Positions 25,001 to 40,000 of a stretch of 64,000 nt of DNA are shown here, in pieces. Origin of the DNA: Phoronis australis (Eukaryota; Animalia; Phoronida); contig NMRA01000667.1 in NCBI GenBank assembly GCA_002633005.1, positions 53,793-117,792 of the forward strand, written 5' to 3'. The translations under genes and the position numbers were made by a program. Under the pieces are notes generated by a model, which was given only the letters and a program-made list of their open reading frames with translations, was not told the origin of the DNA and made no database searches. Position 1 is the first letter of the stretch. Every line of letters starts with the position of its first letter.

Positions 25001-28000
25001 TGAAGCTGTATTTTTGGTGCACTGAACTCCCAAATTTGTGTTTTTTAAATTGCAGATTTTTGCAGCAGGAGTGATGATGGTAGTAGGTTAACACCAGACT
25101 GAGAGGCTCAAAGGTCACTAGGTGGCGTTAGTGAAACATTAGTTCAGCATGTATAAATGTAAGCATCCAGGTACATACATACACCACAACTGCATACATG
25201 CAGGTGAACAACTATCTGGTCTCACTCTATTCACATGACCAAAAGGGAACTAAAGAAGCTTTCTTCACAAACACCACCAAGAGAACATCGGGTCTTCAAT
25301 TCATCGACAAGACTTCCACTTACATGGGATCATCTAAACCCTCGAAATTGGTCAAGTGTTGGAGTCTTAAAAATTGGCGTTACCACTGATGAATCAATTT
25401 TAGAGATTAAAATCGTTAAGATAACTGGTGGGTCAATCACTGTGTACTGTACTTACCTTCTTGACCAATGGACTACCATCCTACAATACAGACACCACCA
25501 CCACCCCCACACTGTGGTCAATACACACGGTCACTGTGTACAGTACTCACCTTCCTGACCAGTGGACTACCATCCTGTGGCACAGTCGCTAATATGACCC
25601 CACACTGTGGTCAATACACACGGTCACTGTGTACCATACTCACCTTCCTAACCAGTGGACTACCATCCTGCGCCACTGACACCAGCATGACCCCCACACT
25701 GTGGTCAATACTGTTAGCGTGGTCACTACGCTCCATACTGTTGTTAATGAATGTTCCAAGGGCATACACTGCCGCAGCTCGCACCTACAACGACAAAGAA
25801 TCACGTTCCTTATAACACCTCTGGTCCAGGGTCCTCCACATTCTGTTTTGCCTCAACAGAGTTACCAGTCTGGATTCTGTAATGCTGTAATAAATTTCAA
25901 AGAACACTGCAACAAGTATGAACTTACAGCAAATTAAGTGCTCTTGGCACACGCTCAGTATATACCTATAACAAGGCTTCGCATACAGAACCCCACAATA
26001 GGCACGCGGACTTTCAAACATGTACTTGAATTTTGCAACAATCCCAAAATTTGATTTTTTTGTTGTGGAGAACACTCTGACCTTTGAACAGACACACAAG
26101 TGCTAAATTGAGTACATTCGTCACCTGTCATACATCAAACAGAGCTCCACCTGCTACAAGTGGTGCAAGTTATGGAATAGATGTCTATTTAAAATTATAT
26201 CAGGAACCTAGGAAGTTGAAGGAAATGAGCGCAGATATTAAATTTGACTGTATCTACACCCACTGCAGGTGTTCATGGGTAAAGGTCAGCCTACCTCTAT
26301 TTTATTTAGTCTCATGAAACGAGAGCCGTTCAACAGATTATTTGCACACAGGGTGATTGGAAAGGTGATCAGAAACTTCAATCATCCTTTGACAAATAAA
26401 GATATACAACTTTGATATTTAAACGACAGATGGCCAAACATTTTTAAAGGTAATGGACATTACCAGCACCAATGAAAACGCAATAAATCTTCACATAAAA
26501 AAGAATTCAGTCATGACAAAAGGCATAACTACTGACATTTTTGACACTAAAACTCACCTCAGGCACTGGGTCTGTGAGAAGGGAAGAGATTTTGTCGTGG
26601 GCACTGTCGCGTACCCCACACCACCGCGCTGCATTGTAATTGGCCCACACCTACAGAAGAAAGTAATCTAACATCAGCACTCGAATGCTTATGGAAAGTT
26701 TGACTGAATAAGAGTTGCCATTTTCTAACAATTTATACATTCAATTGTTACATTAAGATAGTATTTCTAGTGCATTGTGAAAGTACCTTATACTTGAGAA
26801 ATGATCAGCTTTTAACTTGCCACTAACTATCTTATAAAACATTAAAATTTTCAGGTTTGCAAAGAACCCCAACGAATGGATGTGCAGGCCCAAATTGCCG
26901 AAGCAAAGGCCCAAAATTTTTGCAAATTGGTGTAACTTCAGAACTGAAGTCAGTTTGGGTCAGCATTAACACAGTTTTTGTGCGTGTCAACTGGGGTTGA
27001 CAATACTGACCCAAATTGACATAAAACTACAATTAGTGTCAATGTGGGGTGTTGTGATGATTTGGGCTAGCACAGAGGTTATCAAAACATGACTTTGGTG
27101 TCTAGACTAGTATTAAGCAGAACGCACCACTGATGGCTATTACGCAATGTTATTTGAAAAGGTTAGCGTTTAATGTTCGTTGCTATATATTTGGTAAAAA
27201 ACACAATTGTGAAGAAACACAGAATTGACGTACACACCTTTCCTAGACAAAGGGCCAGCCACTGTCGCAGGAGAGGGTTAGGGTCATTCAGTTGCTCCAG
27301 ACATATTGCGATCACATTGCCCTGAAGCGCCGCCTCCTGGCCAGCCTGGTAGTTATCCACGATCTTGGCAAGGACGAAAGCAGCCATTGTGCGATGCTCA
27401 CCCTAAACAAAATTGGAAACGACAGGGCACTTGAGTACGAGGTTATTTTTGAGAGAAAAGACAACATTTTGACTGTCCTAAAACTGCTGGACGCGAATGA
27501 ATAAAATGATCAAAATTCAAAATACTTAAAAAAAATCTTAGTATGTTATCAGGGTTTGGAATGACCAATGACAAAAAGAGGAAAAAATTTCCGGTGATTT
27601 AACGTTCCACAAATAAATAGGTTTGTGTGATAGAAATACTGTTTTGTGTTGTAAAATTTAAGTGTCAAAAATAAATGTCTTTGCATGAATAAAGTAAAAA
27701 AAAATATAAAAAATAGACAAAACAACGCAAACTTAAATCAAATAAGAGGAATCCCCTTAAGAGGAAAATTCCATGCCGTGATGCTTTATATTTAAACAAA
27801 TCATGATCTTCGATCCCGATACAAAAAATCTCTAAAGCAGAAAAATTTCATTGGTGTCCCCAGAGAAGTCTGAAACACTAGCAATCAAGTCACAGCTTTG
27901 TGAAAATTTGTAAAGTCTTGTCTAGTTTCAATTCCAAACCAACCAAAAAGGTTTAAAAAACACCATTCGACAACTTTCAATAGCGAGCCAATCATGATCG

Positions 28001-31000
28001 CTCAATAAAACAACAAGATTGATGGGATGTTACCTTCACTCATTCACATTGCATGCAAAGATAAGCAATGGCTTAGGAACCGAAATTGAATCTGAAATAA
28101 ACTGCTAATACAACTGCAGATTTGTTCTAAGACAAAACAAAATCACAAACGCTGGTTTTTCTTTCAAAATTGACCTCAGGTATAACAGACAGAAGAAGGA
28201 CGTCTTCGGTGACTTTTTTCCAGTCAGAGAGGCCAAATTTTGTATTAGATAGTGTACCAGTATGGCATTAGTCATGAACAATTAGAAGTGATTTTTGTGC
28301 TGCCTAAAACTTGTTACTGGGAAGGAGAACTACATGAATTTGTTCAAATTTGAATGAAAGATTTTTATATGTCTCAACAACTCAATGACACTTACCGGCA
28401 TGTAGGGGTCAGCTAAAACTGACAGAAAATAGCGATGACCATTGTCTTTCACCAAATCAGCCTGACAAGACTGCAAAACCAAGGTTACAGTTGATTCAAA
28501 AATGAAAACACTGTTCTTAGACTAAGTATATCAATTACCAGGAAAAACATGAATCAGAGGAATTCAGTGTCTTTAAAAAGAGTTTCAAAAGAATTCTTTA
28601 GGTCATGTGTCTGATCAAAAAAACTCCTCAATAGCCGATGATAATTTGTTAAATTTTAAAGATCATTCAGATTTGCTGGTCAAGCTCGAATCCACAAGAA
28701 AAAGCGGAAATATATCAGAAGTCATTTCAACAGTCAAACAGGATATTCTAAAGCCTGTGTACTTTTACAAATTTAAGTAAGACTTACGCTATCAACAGCT
28801 AAAATCTTGGCCCAAATGAAGACTAACAACGGCCGGAGTTCTCTCGCTGAGCTTTGAAGCAACTTTAAAACATATGGGAATATACCCACTGATAATGCCT
28901 GAAAACAAAGATTTAATAATTAAAATTAAGAAGTTACTACAGTACTCTAAAGAAAGATCAGCACACATACTCTGGATTCTAATTTAAATTTTTGGGAACA
29001 AGTTGTGAGGCTGTTAAATTCAGCCGCCACATATAAAAAACCCATGGCCTTAACTCACTCCCAGAAAAAATTGTGGGCTGGACGTCCCATTGCCAATGAT
29101 TAGATTCTGCGTGGTCTCGGTAATCACACCACAGACAGTGTTCACCTCACTTTCCATAAAAAGTCGTGAAATCATTTCATTAGACCAGAGTGACGCCAAA
29201 ATGTTGGAAAAACGATGAAATTTCGTCACACTTTAATAAATGGAAAATACGAAAGATAACCAAGAAATGGTGTTTTTCATTTCTGAAGTTAAAATTCTTA
29301 GAACTGAGCAATCGAAATTGATTCTAAGGTGATGAAACAATGACGATAATATGCGTCTACTTCAGCCTAATTGCATCGAATGATGCCGATGACTCACCAA
29401 GCTTACAGCCCAAGGCCCGAGATCCAGGAATTTGCCCAGTAAGTCAAGGGCCCGTAGTCGATGTACTTGACTGAGTAGAACCTGAAGGACAAAATGTGAT
29501 GGATAAAACAGATCGTGTTATGCGTTCAATGCCACAGTTCTATTAGATGTCGATGTGGCGGATTGCACGACAAACCGTCCAAGGTAAAACATTTGTTGAC
29601 TTTGAGGATATTGTTCGTAGTAGATATGAAATTAGAATTCCAGAGTTAAACTTGTATTCATAATACCTTCAAACCAGTGAACAACACTTTTCATACTCAG
29701 AACTAAGTATCATTCCAAAATTGCGGCCATAAGTGTTCCCTACAACGTGCTTGAACGCTAGGAAAGATGAAGCGCGCGCTGCATGCAAGCGAGAGATCAA
29801 ACGCCAACCAATCATATGCCAAAACCGAGTCCACGTGGTCAGGCACCCAGAATCACGGTGACACCCATAGTCAAATCATAAACTACATAATGAAATGGCA
29901 ACACAAAAATGTGACAATCGATAAGATTAGGGAATCCGCAACAATCGACATCTTACAGAAACATAACGTCAGGAGCTGTAGAGTGCCAAGACTCTTCACA
30001 AAGGGCCAGCCACAGACAGGCTACATAGTTTTCTAGCTTATTTACTCTTAAAAGGACACCGAACCAGGGTTTGGTGAATTTGCCCAACAATGACTCCATA
30101 ACCTGCGCTTTCCCAGAGAGATGAGCGCATAGCTTACTAAAACTGTTCAGGCTGTCTTACAAGTGTGGATTCCGCAGTTCCAGCCGCACTGCCTTTTCCC
30201 ACATTCGTCCGCTAATTTGCCGGGTCACTTCCAGATTGAGCAAATTTTTGTAAAAAGTTATCGAACTTGCATCAAACCTTTGAAAATCTAGAGCATTTTA
30301 TTGTTCCAAACATTTGAAGTGGCTAAAAACCTGTCTTCCATCACAAAAACTTAATAACTTTTTATTTTGCCCAGTTACCATTACGAAATGTTTGCTTAGT
30401 CAAAATAGATACGATTCTGGGATCGGAATGAACCGACAGTTCATCATTGCTCGAGACACGGCTCAACGAGTTAACTTGCCACAGCTTTACACTTTATTGG
30501 CTGAGCATGATCTCGAGCAATAATGAAATGTCCGTTCCTTGCACGACCAAAAATCACTTCTCAAGTAAAGAAGGAACAAGATAAAACCAATGTTGCTGCT
30601 GTAAATTGGTTTAATCAAAAGTAATGTTCTTCTACGAAGCACAGGTTTATGGATGCTTCACAAATTAAATAGTTGATAGTATAAACTGGGTTTAGTATCC
30701 CTTTAAGGGCAGCACAAAACACAGCGAGGCACTATTACAGATGTTTGTGTGTTCAACAAGAAAAGATCAAGAGGCCAAGATATATATCGAACAGATATTA
30801 ATTTGAAAAAGATGCAATAAATAGACATTTACCATGTTATTTACCCACCTACATTAGAATTGAAAATCGGCAACTTCTCAGATCCCTAGTAAAATAGACG
30901 CTTTTATAACACGGCCATGTTCTTATGAAAGCTTAAGCCAGGTCACATAGTCACTAACTCTCACCTGAAGGACAATGGGTAGCTGCTCCGGCGGGTATCG

Positions 31001-34000
31001 CTCAGCGGAACCGTAGGTGAGCCACACTTGGAAGGCGGTGAGTTGCTCGGCGAAGAAGGGGCTGTGAACAAATGCTGCGCCCTGTTTTAGGATTGGGTGA
31101 AGCTGAGAGAGACAGAGATCGAGTGCCAGGTCCCAGGCTTGCCTAAAATACGAGAGCATGAGATTAGAGATTCATCGACCCGTTTGTAGAAATATCTATG
31201 AAAGTATTGTCACAAGATCTAAGAGAAAATAAGAGATGGAAATTTGTCAATAAACAAACAAGCTAAGAAAACTAGTTTAGCGTTATGTAGGACCTTATCG
31301 ACTAATCTGTGTACTTAGCCAAATACTTACAAAACTAATTAAAAGATCTTAACTGAGTAAAAGTGTGTACTTTCTGAAAGTAAAAAGCCATGTACAATTT
31401 GATTTCTGACATTTCACCAATCTGTTATTAATTAGGTCACACCACCATGTCTCTTCAGTAATACTTAGCAAAACAGGAAAGGCAAATCCATAGCAAAACA
31501 ACAGTATCAATGACATGACCAGAAACGCTGATGCAGTTTTCTAAAATGATCATTTTATTTTTGTTTTAAGCAACATTTTGAGTTTTTTAATAAAAATCAT
31601 AAAAAATCTCAGTTCTTGATAGTCTCTCATGCAAAAGTGGAACACTTCAAAAACAATTCCTTGGCATGGTATCAGCCATTTCTGAGATACAATGTTCGAA
31701 ATTAGTCAAGTATGGACATCCTTTTATAGTCTTACACAAGTTTAAAGTAAACTTTGTTAAGACAGGGAAAGAAATCAGAAACTGCAGCGGAATTATATAA
31801 AAATGAAAACCACTGCATCTACTTCAGCATCCGTAGCACCTATAGACCAACTTACCACATAGGGTGCTGGAACGTGGGGGGTAGTTTGGGACAGGAGACA
31901 GGGGTGCAGTTGTACGACCGCATGATCCTCTCCGCTAACAGGAAGTTACGGAATAGACTGGCCACCAAAAGGTCTTGACGGAAAAGCTTCTGGAACAAGT
32001 CTGCAAGGGCCGAATGAGCGACAAGTTGAGGCGACACATTAGAGTAATGAGTGTAAGAATTGAAAACAAATGACTCGGAGGCGTATTCAGAAAAACGCAC
32101 GATACAAAATGAGATAAATGGAAGGACCAGTTAACTTGCTGAGTATAGAGGCTGAAACTGTAGAGCAAAGGCTGAACTCTCAAATGTAGCCAGGGTTACC
32201 CTGTGCAGTGCAATTTCCATCTCTAAACTTTGAAAGGGTCGCTGCTCCAACCTTCAGCATTGAAATAACTTTTAAAGTCATTGTATTGCCAATTTGTAGA
32301 CATATCATCTGCCTCTGTCATTGACAACATATTTTACATTGTACATTTCAGAGGCTTTGCACATGCAAAACTAAAAAAATTCCGGCAGTGCAAAAAGGAG
32401 AAACAGATGATTTAGTTCGCTTACCTCTGGGTAGAGTATTCCAAGCGATGGTGTCGGTGATGGCTGTGAAGATCCAGTTGAGTTCACCCAGTAATGTGCG
32501 TCGGTCATTCAGCTGACCAGGGATTCTACAACGTGCGTTCATTTATAATTGCCGGTTATGTCTGGAGCTGACACAAGCCTCCAGTACTGAGGTGGAGTAG
32601 CGTACATGTAAAACGCTGGAGAAACTAAGACGTTTGCAGAGTAAGTATCTTCAGTCATACATGATCGCATTACGTGACATATTAGGACAAGAGATATATC
32701 TACTCTTACTGCATAAACCCGATCACTCAATGCCTCATTTTTGGGACTGAATATCGGCCTCATTCCCTTCTGAAAAACATTTTAAAATCACATGTAATTC
32801 CCATAAGGCCCAAAAATAACAGAAAAACCCTCGAGGTTAGAATTGTTTTTAACTGGCGCAGACCCTTGGCTTGAGGTTTTGTTAACTTGGAAATTCCTCT
32901 CTACAAGGTTGTGCCTTACAAGTGTTTACAGCCTCGATTTGGAGAACATCTTTAACGGCTAGCCTATCGCGAGTGAGGGGTCTGCATACGTAGTGCCAGT
33001 CAGTAATGATCATTCATATTAAAACAAATAAAAGTACAAAGGACCTATAACATATTAATATACTGCAAACTTCCTGGCAAGATGAGTTAGATAAAGAATA
33101 ATAGTACAGCCGTCTGGGAAATAACCTTGCGAGGCTAAAGATGGGTTGACATTGCCGTCATTATATTCTGAACGATTTATCTAGAAAAAAATTCAACTTG
33201 CTCAACGTAACAGACAAGTACAACTGACATTGGAGTCGGATGTTAATCTGTGTATGAATAATAACCATCAATTATACAAGATTCGAATAGAATTGATATC
33301 TCAATTCATTTGTTCCTATTCTATTGAAGTGGACCAGTAGAAAACTTACTTCTCAAGAATCTTTTCATCAATGCCTGGAACCAACTTGCTCGTTTTCTGT
33401 ACAACAAACCTAAAAACAAAAAAGTAAGATGGCAGCTGAAATAAACATGTTAACATATAATTTCAAAATTAGACATCATTAGTATTTTTCAGAATTCCAA
33501 AAAATTACTCTTCGTTGACATTCAGCCTTTACTACTGGCAAATCAGAACAGCTCATTGCATTTTAAAATTTTATTCCAAAACTACAAAAAAATAGTGAAA
33601 CTATCTTCCTTCTGGTAACTTTGACATGTGTAAAGCACCTCCATTGTGGAACAACTCAATCGCAAAATAAACGCTTGTGAGCATAAGATTTCACGACCAA
33701 GTAATAAGCATCTATTCCTGAGCAGACGTACCACTTCAATGCGACTTTGATTGGCGTAGTGAGACAGGCAGTGAACAAATCAGCCGGTAGTTCTGGATTC
33801 ATGGGCAGCAGCTCTGCGCTACTGCAGGCTGCAAGCTGGATACAGTTCTTCACAGCAGACGACGGCGTCTCCTGGCCAAGACGACCATTACTCAAGGAAT
33901 TGATCTGTGCACAAAGACGAGACACAATTCATTAAAGATAACACTCACAAGAAAATCAACTTGCGGGGCTTGACACTTAGAATAAAGTCAACTCGCCAAA

Positions 34001-37000
34001 TGCGGCCTGTCAAAATTCCCAGGTTGGCAAATGGCAACTGAGCTCACCAAAAGGAAACTATGCATAGCCAAGTTTTCTCTTGAGGCCAAGAGAGCTGCTT
34101 TGAGTTAGTAAAATGCAATTTGTCTGCATCATGGTGTTATGCCTAAGTCCATTCCACAAAGTAAACATCTGGGGTGTCAAGTTTCTCCACAAAGCAGTTT
34201 ATTAGCAGAACGCATTGTGCTTATTCCCAATGCTTATTCTGTGACTTTCACTCTTCAAATTAATGTAACTCCTCTTATAGTTGGGACATTTTTTCATTTG
34301 AAGTTGCTGAAACAATTTCCTTTAGACGAATACAAAAACAACTTAGTCGCGTCTGTGAAAGCACGAATTTAACAGTGTATAGCCACAGCCACATTTGATA
34401 TCCGAGACGTCTCCCGCTGAGGGATCGGACTCAAAATCGGAAGTGCTGACTCCATCCAAGGCTGATTGTTCCCGACCTTAGTATGTGGTGGGCACAAAAT
34501 CCTTTCCTTCACAAATGGCGGTCACTTTAAGAATGTGCGGATTTGACACGATGCATAGTTGGAAACTGAACAATGCGACGTCTGAATGAAAAAATGGTCG
34601 TCTGAGAAAACAGACGATTAGAAAACATCGTTTGAGCATGACTTATGGACAGCCCTGCTGGTTTATGTTGAACAATTCAGACTACAACCTCTTTACTTCC
34701 TGTTGTGATTTGAGTACGTGCTCTGATGTGAGCTAAGCATGCAGATGTACTGACTTCACGAAATGGCGACTTGGGACTGTTACCAGGTCGCCAAACAAAA
34801 TCTGAGGTTGCTCAGTTGACCTGAAGTTCGTTAAATCGAGTCCTGATTTTTAAATGTAACGCACGCACACGTCAGATCTTTGCTTATGAAGCCACTCTCC
34901 ACCAAAATGACCAAATTTTCATTTAAGGTGTTTAATTATAAATCCGGTCTTATAAAATTTGTTCAGTACTTAAGATTGGAGGGGATTCCTGAGCTACGAG
35001 AGAACAAAGAGTTCATACATAACTTCTCAAGACCAGGATCGATAACGTGGCTACCATAGTCATTTTCGGTATTAACAGAATTTGCCGTTACGACAGGAAA
35101 ACGGTATTTTGACTGATTATGTTTGTGCTGTACTGTACATGACTCGTCTCATCCCATGTCCGACTGTTACCTGTTGGTGTTCGGTTTCCCTTTGAGCGGA
35201 GAACTGTTTGAACGAGTCGATGATGATGCCTGCATTCGAGCAGTCGTAGACGTAGATGGACGGACTGCCCATCCAACTCTGCAGGTCGTATACGGACAAG
35301 GGTATGTACTGGGTGTAGGTCTGGAAACAGCAGAGTGTGCATTATCAATAATAATAACAATAATATAATAACAGCAAGGCTCCCATTTATTTGCGTTTAC
35401 TTTTTCATGAGTTTACATGACATAATTTTCATTTTCTGAGTAATTTTCCCACAAAAATATTTTAGGAACTTTTTGCTAGTGATTGTTGGCAAGTAGAAGT
35501 GAATGAAAGAAGTCAAAATATGACGCGCAAAGTAAGGGTTTCCAATATTCCTCATGCAATTTCCAATCCACAGGTTCTCCAAGAGCTTTGATGCTTTTTC
35601 ATGTTCCAAGCATCAAAACAAATTTTGTCATTTCCAGTTTTCCATGCGTGAGAACCACGTATCAATGGAATGAGTACTGGCCAAATGTCTTGAGGATGGC
35701 ACCAAGATAGCTGCTGTAAAATTCACTTAGCACGGCAGCTGACCACCACTTGCTACCCTGCAGGCGTGTGGGCGTCGCCACCTGGTTTCCATGTTTTCAA
35801 CAGGTCACAATGCAAGCACAGTGGACCAGTGGCTTAAACAAGACCCGTCCAAACTAACAAATTAAGTTTATTTTAACCATTTCCATATTTTTTTTTTAAA
35901 CTGCATTTAACTGCACTGTTATTCGAAATTATCAAAGTGGGTTCTCACTAATGTACAACAATTGCGCAATTAAAGTAACTGCTTTTTGTTCAGTGTAAAA
36001 CCAGAGCAGCTAAATCTTTCTCTGAAATGACACTCGAAACATTGCAATTTTACAAACGCAAAAATCTGAACGATAGAAAACTGTCAAGTTGTACCCTGGC
36101 ACAAGATTTATTTTCCGCAAGACTGTGTGTGAGTAAAGGCCACATTATGTAATAAGCAAACTGATAAATGAAGTTCAAATCAATACACTGTTACATAATG
36201 TCTGTCCACCACACAGCAACAGGCAGCCATCACAGACAAATCCTGATAATGTATGCACATTGTAGTCGGACCACAGAACAATCAATAGTATTTGAGCATT
36301 CGACAAATATTTCAAAATTTATCGACAAATATTTCAACATTTATTGACACAAATTTCAAAATTCATAGAGAGGAAAGCAAATGGTGTGCTGCTACTTTTA
36401 CTAAAACATAAATCCCTGGTTATCCTAGAGCGACATTCTTTAGTGGTTATTCCCATTCCCCTTGTCCTTAACAAAAATAGAAAACGACCTGAACTGCCCC
36501 CATTTAACTGCACCTGTACACTCACTTCTACTGAGAAAACACAATGCCAGACTTGAGCTACTGAACAGTTTGCCTTGCTCATTGAGTTTGCTCAGTAGTA
36601 AAGAAAGCACACATAAGGTGTGGGTCTTTTGCAGGGAGATTTGTTTACTTTACTATTGATTTTCAAGGGAAACAGAAACTGCAACTAACCTTGAAAACTG
36701 TCTACAACATAACCAGGAAGTTCTACTTTTTAGTCAAGATACCATCAAAGTATTTGCTGTCCATCCACTGGATGTCTTACACCGTGGTACAAACCTTGTT
36801 AAAAACCCATATTTCTCCATTGACGGTAGGTCGAGGCACTCCATGCCCACTGTAGTGAAACAGAACTCTTTCTTCCTGAAATACAGAAACACAGAAGATT
36901 TAACATTCTTGAAACATATAAACTCATATGCTTTAGGGTTGGGTACGAAGCCACCAACAGTTTTTCAGAACCAGTCAGGGCTAAGACACACAGACTGCTT

Positions 37001-40000
37001 TAAATGCATTAACCGACATAGCTAATGACTCCAAAACACATTTGGTGGAGCTTGAAAAATCATTAGACACATATTGCTCACGAACTCTTTGTGCAACCAA
37101 TGTTTTCACATTGCCACATATAAAATAACTCCTTAGTTGTAGTTAATGAAAATAAAATGCTTAATTTGAACCCAGGTCAAAACCTTAAAATGTCATTTCT
37201 CAATAGAATAATTAGGAATACAGGGGACTGATAACTGCCTCATACCCTCCATGCAATAAATCATGTGAATTTCTGGTCGCATGGTTCAAAAAATTTCCCA
37301 GGGATTAATTACCCCTGACTGGAGTAAAATTCCCCAATCAGAATGCACAGGCACCGTTCCTGTAAGGTGCAATGAGGTACGAGAATAAAATTATTTTCAT
37401 AAAAAATAATACTTAATCTAACCTGTGGCTATGAAATTCTTTAAATTTTATTACTTATTAAAATGACGCAGTAGCACCTGGAGAACAAGAGTTCAAGTTT
37501 CGGAAAACAAGTTCCTACCAGTGTGGAAGATAATCATTCTAGTCGTATTTATTAACAATTCAGTCTGTATTTAAGTTTAACCATGCCACGACCCTAGATG
37601 GTTTGATTTTGTGACAAGCAATCCTATTCCCCTGTGGAAGTATTTTTATAAAACATGCAAACTTACACTCCAATGATTAGAAAATTCCCCTAAAATTTAG
37701 AATTACTTCTGGAGAGTGTTAGGCTTGTGTACTAATTAAGAGCATAGGTATCTATGGTGCTGTAATGACCACAATATTTGCTCAATATAAACAGATTGAT
37801 CACAAAACTAAACATTTGAGTTCAGCTGCTCCCATGCCACCCCAGTGAAGTGAGCTGGTCAAGGACAGCAACGTTGTACTGTCTAGGCACACCGCGCCAT
37901 TTTATGATCTTTATTACAAAAAACACAATGTAGGTAGAAAGCAATTATATCTAGGCACACCGTGGTCATAGTGTTGGGTTTCTATTTAAGAAATGATTAC
38001 TTGTACCTGAGGGATACTGGTTTGAATGCATGGAAATTCAATGGACTAAAAAATTTCATCAAATTCCTGAAAAATGCCCTTCATTGTAATCCGGGCATTC
38101 TTAAACTGGATGGTTGTGAGTGACCTTTTATTCATTCTCATTACTAATCTAAGTTGAAAACATTCATGTGGGGTACATAACTTAACCTCTGTAGGCTTTT
38201 CACACCTTTTGTGTGGTTGACTAACATTCTTTAGGGACCACAAGAATGTTAATCATAATGTCAAAGGTGACTTAGAGAAAACTGAAGTTAGGATGTTATA
38301 TATAATTCATATTGCCAAAAAAAAAACAGATTTGGCTGGAGAACTAAAATAACTATGATTATGTAAGCGCAATGTGAAAGATTTAGGTAGACACAATTGC
38401 ACATAATCTTCTGAGTTTAGTCTTGGTTGAGTTTCAGGAACATAGTACAAATGAAATCAAAACAAAAGTCATATTTGAGTTGAGAATATTCTTTTATGAC
38501 TTTACGGGCTACCTCTAATGTAAAAAGCTTCACACGATATTTAACTAACTCATTGGCTTTCCTCAAAGGTTTCACAACTGCGTGCGTCTAAAATTGGAGA
38601 TAGGCTAAACTTCGCACATGGGCCTAAATGCACCTACATGGAGTATAAATATTTGCTAAACTTTCATTGCTCAATAACTCCAGGTCATATAGTTTCGCGC
38701 TGCAGTAAGTCGTCAGTTATTTGCACGAACACAAAATGATCAATGCAATGACATTCCAGAGGTTAACAACCTTGCTGCAAATGATCAAAAGTATACACGT
38801 AATTCTATGGCATGCCTACTACACAATGGTGGCAAGAACTAAGTGCACTGATTTTCTAAGAGGATCTTTTAGTCCAGTGTCATTCTTCTCTATATCTGTC
38901 ACCTTTCAAATTTGTGAAAAATTTATCACACCCTTGTGTTGGTGAACTAAGTAACACAGGCAAAGCAGGTTAACTACCAGAACACAAGCCTGACAGCTGA
39001 CCCTTACATAACCACAGCCTAAGCTAATGGAAAACACAATACTCTAGAAGGGAGCAGAGTGATAACCTGCTAGTCCCTAGGAAATAGGTCAAAACAAGTT
39101 CATCTAGTGCAGCCCTGATTATTGACATGCAGTAATACCCCTTGTGCAAATCTATATGCGCTTGCGCGAAATCTTAGTTCCGCTAGAGCATCATGGGATC
39201 GTTTGAGGTTACCGCGTGACTAAGTCTACAGCTGTTGTTCCGTAAATTTGCGAGTCATGGAGAAAAAACTTACAGAGAACGATGTTTTTGGTGCAAAACT
39301 GGATGTGCCGTTTGAGGCAGCAAGTGTCGCTCGACTAAAGCGCTGGCTGAAATGCCGTGGTGCGCAGACTACTGGAAGGAAACCAGTCTTAATTCAACGG
39401 TAAGTACCGGAGTTGTAAGGAATGTAAGGCCTACACTGCGACGTGGTCACAACGTTGAACCACTCGTAATCGGGGCTATGAAGAGCTTTGATTTTTTATT
39501 TGTCACACTTTAGTGTACCCCGATGTTCCTTGTGAGATAAACACAGCAATTAATTATGTCAAGTCCAGTCAAGGGGTATTGTATGTTTTCTTTAGCCGCA
39601 GTGCTGTTCCTATTCAGCCCAGAGNTAAAAGATGCAAACTTACACTCCAATGATTGGAAAATTCCCCTAAAATTCAGAATTACTTCTGGAAAGTGTTAGT
39701 CTTGTATACTATAATCAAGAGCATAGGTATCTATGGTGCTGTAATGACCACAATATTTGGTCAATATAAACAGACTGATCACAAAACCAAACATTTTAGT
39801 TCACATGCTCCCATGCCACCCCAGTACTATTGAAGTGAGCAGGTCAAGGACAAAACGTTGTACAGTCTAGGCACACCGTGACATTTTATAATCTTTATTA
39901 CAAAAAACACAATGTAGGTAGAAAGCACTTATATCTGGGTACACCGTGGTCATAGTGTTGGGTTTCCACTTAAGAAAACCTAAATGATTACTTGAACCTG

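Noticed and set aside
25071-25102. C/D box snoRNA (GTGATGA...CTGA)
   Set aside because: Only ~30 nt long and antisense to the host gene.
25430-25710. CRISPR-like repeat/spacer appearance
   Set aside because: The whole unit is repeated with no unique spacers, it derives from a RPTOR exon end, the context is eukaryotic and there are no cas genes.
11058-31735. Inverted intronic repeat pair as a driver of RPTOR circular RNA
   Set aside because: The copies are strongly diverged and 20 kb apart; stable pairing is doubtful without data.
37560-37640. Helitron-like motif ([11 protein letters not shown]) on the minus strand
   Set aside because: Only a loose resemblance; no Rep or helicase motifs found nearby.
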